A stretch of 64,000 nt of DNA from Anaeramoeba ignava BMAN (lineage: Eukaryota > Protista > Anaeramoebae), in contig JAPDFW010000079.1 in assembly GCA_028826165.1 (NCBI GenBank), positions 1 through 64,000 of the forward strand, read 5' to 3'. The notes beneath the pieces were generated by a model. It did not search any database and was not told where the DNA came from. It was given only the letters and a program-made list of their open reading frames with translations. Position numbers and translations under genes: made by a program. Shown here one piece after another: positions 38,801 to 51,400 of this stretch. The number at the start of each line of letters is the position of its first letter. The first letter of the stretch is position 1.

Positions 38801-40916
38801 TAAATTACGAGCTCTGACAATTTCAAGACCAAGATATTGTTTTCCTGGTTTTAATCTAATAACATCTCCATATTGAGTGCAAAATGGGAATTCTTCAATT
38901 TCTACTAATCCTTCAATATATCCTACTTGACTTGTTGATTTGATTTTGTTTGAATCTTGTTTTGTTATACTTATTGGTGATTGTAATACACCATAATCAA
39001 GAAAACCTCTAAGATCAATTTCACATTCTCCAATTAAATCCGAAGTTTTGATTTGACTATTTAAAAAAAGAAAAAAATTTTTTTTAACATGAAATGAAAT
39101 AAATTTAAATTAATTTAATTTACTTCCAATCATAAACTTTAGCAGTTAAATCTTCATTTTCTAAATCACTTCTAATTCCTGTATATTTAATATGACCAAC
39201 ATTTTCCCAAAAAGGATTTAAATTATTCATAACAGTAATAGATTTGCATTTAGAACTAGAAGAAAAAGGATTAAAAGAAGAACCAATTTGTAATTCAATA
39301 AAAGGATCAGCTGTTTCTTTATTTTCAGGTGCAATTAAATTTTTTGCAGACCAAGAATGAAAATGCATATTAAATGTAAAAATTTCTTGGAAATAAAAAA
39401 GAAATGATATTTCTGCTGTTTTTTGATGTTTTCCCATTAAATTTGATTTTAATCCTCCTCCTTTATGAATTTCTGTTGTTACTGTTTGTTTAATACTTCC
39501 ATTTGCTAATTCTGTAAGTAATATTTTAACTTCTCCTTGTTGAATTTTTTTTGCTCCCATACAACTTTTTTGTAAAAGCTTTTTTATAAAACAATTCAAA
39601 ACAATTTTTTAAAACAATTTAATAAATATTTTTTATAACAATTTAATAAATATTTTTTATAACAATTTCATTTATATTTTTTATAAATTTTTAATAAATA
39701 TTTTTTATAACAATTTAATTAATATTTTTATAACAATTTAATAAATATTTTTTATAACAATTTCATAAATATTTTTTATAAATTTTTAAATTTCATGTTT
39801 TTGGACAATTTTTTTATAACAATTTCATTTATATTTTTTATAAATTTTAATAAATATTTTTGGACAATTTTTAAAACAATTTAAAACAATTTCATTTATA
39901 TTTTTATAAATTTTTATTTCATATTTTTATAACAATTTCATTTATATTTTTTATAAATTTAATAAATATTTTTATAACAATTTAAAACTATTTTTATAAC
40001 AATTTCATTAATATTTTTATAAATTTTAATAAATATTTTTATAACAATTTTTAAAACAATTTTTATAACAATTTCATTAAATATTTTTTAAATTTCTAAA
40101 TTTCATATTTTTTATAACAATTTCATTTATATTTTTTTATAAATTTTTAATAAATATTTTTTATAACAATTTCATTTATATTTTTTTATATATTTCATAT
40201 TTCATATTTTTATAACAATTTCATTTATATTTTTTTATATTTCATATTTTTTCATATTTACTTCAACTGTTAAAAATTGTGTATCAAGATCGGATAATTT
40301 AAATTTTTTTGTTCCAGTAAATTTATTAGAAAATCTTCCATTTCCACCAGTAGAAAAATCATTAAGAACTCCAGTGGTAAATTGTTTTCCTTTTTTTCCA
40401 ACAGTTTCAATTTTTCCACCTAAATGTCTATTATCAACAGTTTTAAAATTACCACCAACAGTAAATCTAATACAAGGTTTTTCAATAGAACAATTCATAA
40501 CCTTTTTTATTATTTTTATTATTATTATTATTATTAAATATAATAAAAATTTATTTTTATTTTTTAATTTAATTTTTACATGAATATCTTTGATTATAAT
40601 TTTAAATTTTCTTGGAATATCTCCCTCTTTTAAAGAAGGTACTTCTTCTGAACCTTTTTTTTCTTGTGGAATTTCTCCTTCATTTTGTTTTTCTTTTTTA
40701 TTTTCTCCATCTTTTTCAATTTGTTCTTGATTATCAATTGGTTTTAATTCATTTGAATTTTTATCATTATCATTTTCATTTTGATTTCTTCTGTCATCTT
40801 CTGAATCAGAAAGTTCAAGTAAATCATCATCTTATTATTATTATTAAAAAATAAAAACAAAAATTAAAATTTAAATTTAAAAATAAAATTTAAAATAATA
40901 AAAAACCTGAAGACAT
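35874..40916 (-). CDS. Multi-C2-domain protein with CEP76/CC2D2A-type transglutaminase-like and C-terminal domains; ~8 introns
   Basis: C2 motifs (SAKNLIAP...ADPFIEL...NNLNPFWE; RARNLRATDANGLTDGYCIVEW...LDPVFDE...FDEDAAGDDFLG); DVWCTPNFFLEMRKGSQEEHA...GHSWVL; NLWANIQ; GVPINF...FSVGAYVKTY...SVWVFI. All introns GT-AG. Confidence 0.75.
37301..38020. repeat. Intronic 14-mer minisatellite (TTTTGATTTATTAA)n
   Basis: Fills intron 37297-38024. Confidence 0.9.
39600..40250. repeat. Intronic mosaic minisatellite (TTTTTATAACAATTTCATTTATA-type)
   Basis: Fills one intron of the C2 gene. Confidence 0.8.
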
Positions 40917-41054
40917 TTTGAAATAAAATTGAAATAAAAAAAAAATGAAAAAATGATTTTGATAAATTTATTTTTTTTTTTAAAAACAAAATAAATCCAT
41001 TTTTTTGTTTTTAATTTTTTGCTTTTAATTTGAAATTTTTAAATTTTTTTGCTT

Positions 41055-42101
41055 TTACAATCTTTTCAAATTTCTTTTTTTATTTTTATTTGTTTTTTGA
41101 TTTGTTTTTTTTATTTGATTTGATTTTGATTTTGATTTTGATTTTGAATTTGTTTTTGAATTTGTTTGAATATTTGAATCAGTTTTTTTAATAGCATGAA
41201 TTTGAGTCATTAATTTTGCATATTTTGAAAATTCTTCATAATTTTCAAGTATTAATTTTCCTGCTTCTTCATTTAAAGCTGATTCTGGATTTGGATTAAT
41301 AAGTAAGCATTTAATTACTAAAAATATATGTTTAATTCCTAAATTTGGTGACCAATCTCTTTTAATTGTATTTACACAAATTTCTCCAGTTTTTGAAACA
41401 TTTGGATGAAATATTTTTGTAATAAAATATCCTTTTAATTTTAATTTTAATTTTAATTTTGATTTTAATTTTATAAATGAATTTTAATTTTAATTTTAAT
41501 TTTAATTTTAATTTTAATTTTAATTTTAATTTTAATTTTAATTTTAATTTTAATTTTAATTTTAATTTTAATTTTAATTTTAATTTTAATTTTAATTTTA
41601 ATTTTAATTTTAATTTTAATTTTAATTTTAATTTTGATTTTGTTTTTGATTTTGAATTTTATTTAATAAATGAATTTAAATTTATTTTACCTTTTGGTGC
41701 TGAATGAGGAAAATCACTTGAAAGAACAAGTTTCATTGTAAAATTTCCACCTTCATATGGAGTTTTTTCTAAATTATTTTGTTGTTGTTTTTTTTAAATA
41801 AAAATAAATTCTTTTAAAAATTTATTAAATATTATTATTATTATTATAATTAAAATATAAATTACCAGGTCCTTGAATTATTGCATGAATTTCTGAAATA
41901 TTATCTTCTTCAAAAATTATTTTAATTCCATCTAATGGTGTTTTATTTAATTCTGCTAATTCTTTCATAACTCTTTTTAAAACCATTGGTGAAATATTTT
42001 CATTTGACTTTTTATTTTATTTTTTATTAATAAATTAAAAGAAATAATTTTAATTTTGTTTTTAGAATTAAAATTAAAAAAATAATATAAATAAAAACCA
42101 T
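41055..42101 (-). CDS. UBE2S: Ubiquitin-conjugating enzyme E2 S (APC/C K11-chain E2); 4 exons, the first coding only the ATG
   Basis: Spliced: M|[17 protein letters not shown]...PLDGIKI...IQGP|EKTPYEGG...DFPHSAPK|[65 protein letters not shown]...KKRNLKRL*. Missed by the ORF track. Confidence 0.95.
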
Positions 42102-42146
42102 TTTATTTTAAATTGAAAAGAAAAGAAAAAAAATGAAAAAAAAAAT

Positions 42147-42184
42147 CGTTAAAAAAAAAATAATTTAAAAAAAAAAATCGTTAA
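42147..42184. promoter_or_regulatory. Two CGTTAA Myb-like sites upstream of UBE2S
   Basis: AATCGTTAAAA at 42147 and 42179, just upstream of a TCATTT element on the minus strand (~42131). Confidence 0.5.
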
Positions 42185-42199
42185 AAATCTTCTTTTCCT

Positions 42200-43915
42200 T
42201 TATTAAAATAATTTTTAATTTAATATTTAATTTAGAATTAAATTTAAAATTATAATTTATTAATAAATTTATTATTAAATTTATATTTTTTAATTCTATT
42301 TTATTTAATTTTAATTATTAAATATTTCTTTATTTAATTTTATTCCACTTTTTATTTTAATTTTTAAAATAATTTTTGATTTATTATTTAATTTAGAATT
42401 AAATTTGAAATTATATTTTTATTAATATTTTTATTATTAAATTTATATTTTCAATTCAATTTTATTTAATTTTAATTATTAATTATTTCTTTATTTAATT
42501 TTATTCCACTTTTTATTCCATTTTTAAAATAATTTTTAATTTAATATTTAATTTAGAATTAAATTTAAAATTATAATTTATTAATAAATTTATTATTAAA
42601 TTAATACTTTTTAATTCTATTTTATTTAATTTTAATTATTAAATATTTTTATTTATTTTTATTCCACTTTTTATTTTAATTTTTAAAATAATTTTTAATT
42701 TAATATTTAATTTAGAATTAAATTTAAAATTATATTTTATTAATATTTTTATTATTAAATTTATACTTTTTAATTCAATTTTATTTAATTTTAATTATTA
42801 AATATTTCTTTATTCAATTTTAATTCCACTTTTTTATTCCATTTTTAAAATAGTTTCAATTTAATATTTAATTAAAAATTAAATTTAAAATTATATTTTA
42901 TTAATAAATTTATTATTAAATTTATACTTTTTAATTCTATTTTTTATTTAATTTTAATTATTAAATATTTCTTTATTTAATTTTATTCCACTTTTTATTT
43001 TTAATTTTTAAAATAATTTTTAATTTATTATTTAATTTAAAATTAAATTTTAAAATTATATTTTATTAATAAATTTATTATTAAATTAATATTTTTTAAT
43101 TCTATTTTATTTAATTTTAATTATTAATTATTTTTTTATTTAATTTTATTCCACTTTTTATTTTAATTTTTATTCCATTTTTAAAATAGTTTCAATTTAA
43201 TATTTAATTTAGAATTAAATTTAAAATTATATTTTATTAATAAATTTATTATTAAATTTATACTTTTTAATTCTATTTTATTTAATTTTAATTATTAATT
43301 ATTTCTTTTATTTAATTTTATTCCACTTTTTTTTATTCCATTTTTAAAATAATTTTAATTTAATATTTAATTTAGAATTAAATTTAAAATTATAATTTAT
43401 TAATATTTTTATTATTAAATTTATACTTTTTAATTCAATTTTATTTAATTTTAATTATTAATTATTTCTTTATTTAATTTTATTCCACTTTTTTTTATTT
43501 TAATTTTTAAAATAATTTTTAATTTAATATTTAATTTAGAATTAAATTAAAATTATATTTTATTAATATTTTTATTATTAAATTTATATTTTTAATTCTA
43601 TTTTATTTAATTTTTAATTATTAAATATTTTTATTCAATTTTATTCCACTTTTTATTTTAATTTATTAAAATAGTTTTGATTATTATTTAATTTAGAATT
43701 AAATTTAAAATTATAATTTATTAATAAATTTATTATTAAAATAATAATTTTTAATTCAATTTTATTTAATTTTAATTATTAAATATTTCTTTATTTAATT
43801 TTATTCCACTTTTTTTTATTCCATTTTTTAAAATAATTTTGATTTATTATTTAATTTAGAATTAAATTTAAAATTATATTTTATTAATAAATTTATTATT
43901 AAATTAATACTTTTT
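42200..43915. repeat. AT-rich tandem satellite, ~160 bp unit, ~10-11 copies
   Basis: TTTTATTCCACTTTT recurs at ~42342, 42503, 42661, 42823, 42986, 43148, 43320, 43482, 43643, 43803. Confidence 0.95.
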
Positions 43916-44359
43916 AATTGGAAAATATCGATATTTTCTTTTCTTCAATTTTCTAAAAGGAAATGAATTGTATTGAGAACATTTTTTTTGTTAAATTAAT
44001 TTAATTCAATTTAAGGATAAGAGATCCCCAAAATTTAAAAAAATTTTTTTAACTTGTTTTTGAATTCAAAAGAATTGAAAAGAAACTTGCTTTGTTTTGG
44101 TTTCTTTTCTAAATTAAAAAGAAAGATCAGTTTTAATTAAATTTATTTTAATTCATTTGGGCAAATATATTTTATTAAATCTAAAAAGAAATAAAAGAAA
44201 ACAAAAAAATTTTTTTTCAATTCATTTCTCTTTTCATTTTAAAATGTAAATCTTTCTTTTGTTTTTTTGTTATTTTTTTTGCCAGATGAAAAACAAATTA
44301 TTTATTCAATTAACCAATTATTTTTGTTTTATTTTTAAATAGTTTTAAAACACAAAAGA

Positions 44360-47300
44360 ATGATAAATTCAAAACAGTTCTTATTCATTTTTGCTTTGAT
44401 TCTCTTCTTATTTGGATTAACTCAAACTCATCAAGCTTATTCATCATCATCAAATGTCTTGAAAGATTCTTATTCTTGGGAATTAGCACAAACTATTACA
44501 TCTCCTGATTCTTCTACAACTTTTGGATTTAGTGTTTCTCTTTCTCCAACTATTTCTGTTATTGGTGATCCAAGTAAAGCAAAAGTATTGATTTATCAAC
44601 TTGAAGATGGAAATTGGAATTATTTTCAAACTTTAATAGAATCTGGTTATCCAAGTTATGGTTGGAGTGTTGCAGTTTCTCAAGATGGATTGACTACAGC
44701 TACTGGATCTCCAGATAACACATGCTTTTTTCCTTATTATTATGATGGCAGTAATTATGTATATGGTTGGCTCCCTGAAGAAGATTCTGATCCAGAAATT
44801 ATATCAGAGGGATTAAAAGGAGCTTTTACATTTGGATCAAATATGGCTATTTCAACTTATGTGAAAACTCAGTTTGTAGGAGCATCTGATTTCAATTTCA
44901 TACGTATAGTATTTGGACCATATGAATATTTTGATTTAAATGGAGCATCAGGAGAAGGTTTAGGATGGGCAGTTGATATTTCGGAAAATCCTTTTGTTGC
45001 TGTTGCTTCTTGTCTTTCAGTTAAAAAAGTATATATTTACTCAGTTTCTCGCTCAACTGGATTTACATATATTTCTGATATTACATCAACTTTGGATGGA
45101 TTTGGGAATGATGTTGCAATTTCAAATGATGGGAATGTTGTTGTTGTTGCTGCAATGGAATCAAATACAGTTGTGATTTACAGAAGATCTGGAAATAATT
45201 GGAATGAAGAAAAAGTTCTTTCAGTTGATTCTTCAAATTTTGGATCTTCAGTTTCAATTTCAGAAGATGGAAATAGAGTTGTTGTTGGAGCTAATTTAAC
45301 AGATGAAGTATATATCTATAGTTATTCTGAATCAGATTGGAATGAAGAATATGTACTTTCAGGTGCAACTAGTTTTGGAACTGATGTTTCAATTTCAGGA
45401 GATATTCTTCTTGTTTCAGCTCCTCAATCAGGAGAAGTTTCCTATTTTAATAAAACATATATCCCTCCTACTCCTCCTTTTGTTGAATTAATAGATTGTA
45501 GTTCTGGATATTCAGAATTTGAATGCTATTGGAATCAACCTGAAAATAATGTTTCTCTTTATTTCCAAATTGGTTATGGAAGTGGTTGCATTCAAATTAT
45601 AAATCCTGTTTTTGATTCATCAGAAAATGTTTTCTATCAAGAATTTAATTCTTCAATTTATCCAGGAATTTATGGAAATAAAGAATATTCAATTCAACTT
45701 CAAGCTTGCAATTTAACAGAAGATGAATGTGGAAGTCCTTCAGAATCAATAACTTTGAAAACAATGATTGATGGTGTTGAAGATTTTGAATTAATTGGAT
45801 TATCAGATTCTATTAATGTTTCATGGAACCCACCTAATGTAGAAATTATTGAAGATGTTCCTCATCTTGATCATTACGTAATAGGTTACTTTTGTGAAAA
45901 TATGGAAATTCCTGAATATTTGGATGTTGATAATACTTTAACTTCTTATCAAATTACTGGATTAGAATCTGGAAATGAATGTGAAGTTGCGATGTGGGGT
46001 TGTAGAACACCTTCATGTTCTGGAGATGATGAAGGAGAAAGTGTTGGTGATATAGTTCAAGTTGGATTTGGGACCTGTTTTAAATCTTAAATGCTTAGTT
46101 TCAAATGTTTTAGATATTGATTGTTCTTGGCTTGCTCCTGAAGGTTCTCAATCACCTTCTTATTATAATATCACTTATAAATCATATTCATTTGAAGATG
46201 AAGAAGAATATCAAACAACTCAATTATATCAAAATTTTACAGTTAAACTTCCAAATCAATATTATCAAATTAATGTTTCTGCTTGTTCTTCAAATGGAGT
46301 ATGTGGAATTATTTCATCAAAAACAATAAGAATTGCAGAGATTCCTCATCCTAATATTATCGAATCAATTTCTGAAATTGAACAAATCAAATTAAATTTC
46401 TCACAAGTATCTCAAGCAAAATCATATTTAGTTTCAATTGATAATCATTTAACTTGGATAAATTTCACAACATTAATTCCAAATGAAAATGAAATGATTG
46501 GAACAATAAATGAATTATCTGGAAATGTTGATTATTATATTTCAGTTAGAGGATGTACTGATACAAGTTGTGAACCTCAATATTTAGGAGATCAAAGTTC
46601 AACAATTACAATCAAACCTAAATTAGGGAATATAACAGGATTAAATTGTAATCCAACAATTTGTGGATTTGAATGTGAATGGAATGGATTAGAATTATCA
46701 AGTGGATTAGAAAAATATTCATTTACTTATAATTCTGAATCAATTTGTTTGGATAAATCATTAACAAGTTATTCAATTTCAGATTTACTTGGAGGAGAAA
46801 ATTATGAAATTTCAATATTTGCATCTGCTGATTTAAATTGTTCATTTAATGAATATTCAGGATTATCTTCATCAACTTCAGTTACAACTGATGAATTACC
46901 TGCTCCTTCAAATGTTCAATCTTATTCTGAAATTGAACAAATCAAATTAACTTTCTCACAAGTATCTCAAGCAAAATCATATTTAGTTTCAATTGATAAT
47001 CAATTAACTTGGATAAATTTCACAACATTAATTTCAAATGGAAATGAAATGATTGGAACAATAAATGAATTATCTGGAAATGTTGATTATTATATTTCAG
47101 TTAGAGGATGTACTGATACAAGTTGTGAACCTCAATATTTAGGAATGAAAGTTCAACAATTACAAATAAACCTAAATTAGGGAATATAACAGGATTAAAT
47201 TGTAATCCAACAATTTGTGGATTTGAATGTGAATGGAATGGATTAGAATTATCAAATGGATTAAGAGGATATTCATTATCTTATAATTCTGAATCAATTT

Positions 47301-48190
47301 GTTTGGATAAATCATTAACAAGTTACTCAGTTCCAGATTTAATTGGAGGAGAAAATTATGAAATTTCAATATTTGCATCTGCTGATTTAAATTGTTCATT
47401 TAATGAATATTCAGGATTATCTTCATCAACTTCAGTTACAACTAATATGTTACCTGCTCCTTCAAATGTTCAATCTTATTCTGAAATTGAACAAATCAAA
47501 TTAACTTTCTCACAAGTATCTGAAGCAAAATCATATTTAGTTTCAATTGATGGAAAAATGAGTTGGATAAATTTCACAACATTAATTTCAAATGGAAATG
47601 AAATGATTGGAACAATAAATGAATTATCTGGAAATGTTGATTATTATATTTCAGTTAGAGGATGCATTGATACAAGTTGTACAGTTGAATATGCAGGATA
47701 TCCAAGTTCAACAATTACAAACAAACCTAAATTAGGGAATATAACAGGATTAAATTGTAATCCAACAATTTGTGGATTTGAATGTGAATGGAATGGATTA
47801 GAATTATCAAATGGATTAAGAGGATATTCGTTATCTTATAATTCTGAATCAATTTGTTTGGCGAAATCATTAACAAAATTTTCAATTTTCAATTTAATTG
47901 GAGGAGAAAATTATGAAATTTCAATATTTGCATCTGCTGATTGGAGATGTGAAACAAATCAATATTCAGGATTATCTTCATCAACTTCAATTACAACTAT
48001 TCCTTCACCAACAGAAGAAGCTAATGATAGTTCAACAGATACAAAAGTAGTTATTCCAGCAGTTCTTGTTCCTATTATTGTTGTTGCTATTATCATTGTT
48101 GTTATCATTTGGTTAAGAAAACGTTCAAAAAAATCAAAGAATAAAAATCAAAATCAAAATAAAGAAATTGAACTTTCAGATGATGTTTAA
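44360..48190 (+). CDS. Type-I membrane protein: signal peptide, ~7-bladed FG-GAP beta-propeller, multiple FN3 domains, TM, short tail (two frameshifts)
   Basis: Blades FGFSVSLS, YGWSVAVS, FGSNMAIS, LGWAVDIS, FGNDVAIS, FGSSVSIS, FGTDVSIS; FN3 motifs (VSWNPP, YQITGLESG, LSGNVDYYISVRG, LIGGENYEISIFA); TM VVIPAVLVPIIVVAIIIVVIIWL followed by RKRSKK. Confidence 0.85.
46371..48000 (+). repeat. Internal ~555 bp coding triplication (2 FN3 per unit)
   Basis: TCTGAAATTGAACAAATCAAATTAA at ~46371, 46927, 47480. Confidence 0.9.
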
Positions 48191-48437
48191 TTCAATCAAA
48201 AAAACAAAAACAAGCAATAACAATAACAACAAAAAGGAACAAATTTTCTTTTCTTTTCTTTTCCTTTTTTTCAATTCTTTTTTAATTCTTTTTTCAATTC
48301 TTTTTTTTACCCTTTTTTCAATTCAAAAATTAAGAAAAGAAAATAAAAAACAAAAAACAAAAATTTCATTCCACTTTTTTATTCTTTATTAATTGTTTTT
48401 TGTTTTGTTTTTGTTTTGTTTTTTGTTTTGTTTTGTT

Positions 48438-48468
<31 letters not shown>

Positions 48469-48487
48469 TTGTTTTGTTTTAATTGTT

Positions 48488-51400
48488 TTAAAATTCTTTT
48501 AAACGGTTATAAAAAGGAGTAAATGGACTTAATTGATAAAAATCTTCAGTATCTTTTAATTCTTGAATAATTTTAGTTGAATCTCCTTTTAGATTTAAAT
48601 CAAATTCTCCAAAATAAAAGAAATAAATGAGTTGTTCAAGACTTTCTTTACTTTTCTCACTATAATCATTAACAGAATTTGAATCATCTTTTACACTCAA
48701 AAACATTCCTCGAAATAAATTTGATCTTGCAATTAAGATTAATTTATGAACTTTGATTTCTGAAGAGTCATTGCAAACTATTCCAAAATCTTTTTTCTCA
48801 ATCTTTTCCAAATAGAGATTGAGAAGATCATTTTTGATTCCTGCTTCTTCTTTCTTGTTTTGAATCCAATTCTGATCAAATCCTAATTCTTGTAAAATGA
48901 CTTGAATTTTGTTCAAATTTTGGAGATGAACAAAATCATCTGAACTTTCCAAATATTTTTGGAAGAATTCTTGAGAATCAGAATCTTCAAAATTAAATTG
49001 ATTTTGTTTCCAATAAAATGAAAAAAATGGATGGTTTTCTTCAATGAAATTCCATTCATCTTTTTGGAATTGATTCAAATCAAGTGAAGTGCTTGGGTCA
49101 ATCATACCAGTATAAATAAAAATCAAGAAGGGAATGACTTGTTTCTTTGTTTTTGTTGATAGAACTTCTTGAATTTTTTCTAGAATGAATTGATCGTTAT
49201 CAAATCTCATGAGCAAAATGAGTTTGTGAACTTGAATATTTCCATCAGAATAATTTATTGTGAAATCACAGAATTCTTGTCTCAAAAACAGATTAAATAA
49301 GTCAGTTTGTAAGTTATTGGAAACATTTCGGGATTCTATTGGAAAAGATTCGCTTTTAATAAGAGGAGAAAGTCCATTTTCTCTTGAATATATGATCCTG
49401 AAATCTTGGGTAATATCTGTTTCTTGGAGGAAATTAGTTTCCCAATTCAGAAATACCCGAAGATATTGATCCAACATTACAAATAGAAATGGAATTGGCA
49501 ATCGGAATGATTCTTGATTCTTTGGTGGTTACTACCGTGATTTTATCGTTTTCTAAAGGAGTGAAAATAGATGGAAGACTCCATACTGCTTGTATTTTAT
49601 CTCCAACACTTATTCTTTTGTTCAAAATCTTGATTCCAACAAAATCAGTTGGCTCAATTATGATTGGAGACTGGCAAGCCATAAACCCATAACGAGAATA
49701 ATATCCAATAATAAACTCTTCCTCAAAAAGTCCGTCTCCAAATGTTACTTTGATTTCTGTTTTCCCAGTTTTCTCGCTTTTCTCATTTTGGTAAATGATT
49801 TGGTATTTTTTTGGTATTTCTTCGTCTTTGGATTGGAACTGTGACTTAAAGAAAATCAAGTGATCGTTTTGGTTCGGTTCGTAATTATTTGGTAATTGCC
49901 AAGAAATAGTTATTTTATCGCCTAGTTTTGCCTTTTCTGAAGATATGTTGATTTCCCCTCCTTCTAACGGGATGACTTTAATTTCATCACTTTTTCCTAA
50001 TGATCTGTATTGGTTGTTTGGAAGATACCGAAACTCAAACACTTGGTCCTTATTAGTGATGTAGTCTCCAATATTAAAGGTGAGACTACCTTTCCTTGTT
50101 ACACTTGAGTTATATTGCCAAGTCAAAAAGGAGTTATTTGGAGATCCTTTCAAATAAAGTCCAATCCAATCTGCATAAGTCGGGTTATAGGATTCAGGGA
50201 ATTCCCACTCAACAGTAATTGAGTCTCCAAAACAAACAGGGTTTTTTGAAACCAATAACTTGAAATCTTTGATTTCCACTTCATTCACTGTAATTTCCTC
50301 ACTTTTCGCGATTGATGAGTATTTGTTGTTTGGAAGATACCGAAACTCAAACACTTGGTCCTTATCAGTGATGTAGTCTCCAATATTGAAGGTGAGACTA
50401 CCTTTCCTTGTTGCAATTGAGTTATATTGCCAAGTCAAAAAAGAGTCGTTTGTAGATTCTTTCAAATAAAGTCCAATCCAATCTGTAGTAGTTGGATTGT
50501 AGAAGTCAGGCAATTCCCAATTAACATCAACTGTGTCTCCATGCAAAACTTTATTTTTGGAAACCGACAAATTTAGGTCTTTCAATTCAACAACTTCGAA
50601 ACGAGAAGAAGTTATCAAGACTTTTTTTTCTTCCGAATTTTTGGGATGGGATATATATTTGACGATAAAGAATTGAGATGGATTTTCATTTTCATTTTCA
50701 TTTTGATTCTCATTTTCATTTTCATTTTGATTCTCATTTTGATTTTGATTTTCCTCTTTCTTCTTTTTCCAATTAGAATCCAATGAGAATTCCACGACAT
50801 CTAATCTTGATAATCTATCGTTGAATTTTTCTGCCAACGGTTTTTGTGTTGTGTCATTCAAATCTGTTCCAGAATCATAATCAAAAAGGCAAATTGAGTC
50901 TCGGATATTTGGTTTGTATCCATCGGGAAGCTTGAATTGCACATGAATAGGAAATCCAAATGAAGGTTTTTTGGATATGATTTGAATCCCATCATTTTCA
51001 AAAAACTGGATTTGAAACGGTTTGCTGATACTTTGGATCAAGTAACTGTTGAAAAAGTATCTAAACTGGAAATTATCGAGAAAGTTGATTTTTTGGAAAT
51101 CTTTCATCTCAAAAGTCATTGATCCTTTTTTGCTTAATAACGACATGTATTTGAATTCAATGTACTGTCTGTTGGCCGAATTTTCGTAGTATAAACCGAT
51201 CCAACTTGAGGTTGTGGGCATGTCAAACTCTTCGGGAAATTCCCAAAAAACCTCAATCGGCTCACCAAAACCATATTTATCTTTCGAGACGATAAGGTTT
51301 GTTTCTGGGATTTCGGATTTGACTGAAAAAGGCTCACTCTCACCGATTGATTGATAACCGTTATTTGGGAGATATCTGAATACAAGCTCTTGATCAATGT

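Noticed and set aside
30686-41436. Additional plus-strand ATATCCTTTT motifs at ~30686 and ~41427 as U12 donors
   Set aside because: They are the reverse complement of AAAAG|GA TAT, the acceptor plus Gly-Tyr codons of minus-strand NOMO and UBE2S.
7370-49445. Programmed +1 frameshifting (Euplotes-like) or mass pseudogenisation, suggested by many broken ORFs and some AAA-TGA and TTT-TAA sites
   Set aside because: Shifts map to homopolymer runs, often several codons before the stop (CSL4 GAA-AAG, TLDc T-run at 33220, FN3 GGG at ~46070), and include deletions. They hit essential genes, while long genes such as ferlin and CDC20 are intact. This is typical of long-read indel errors.
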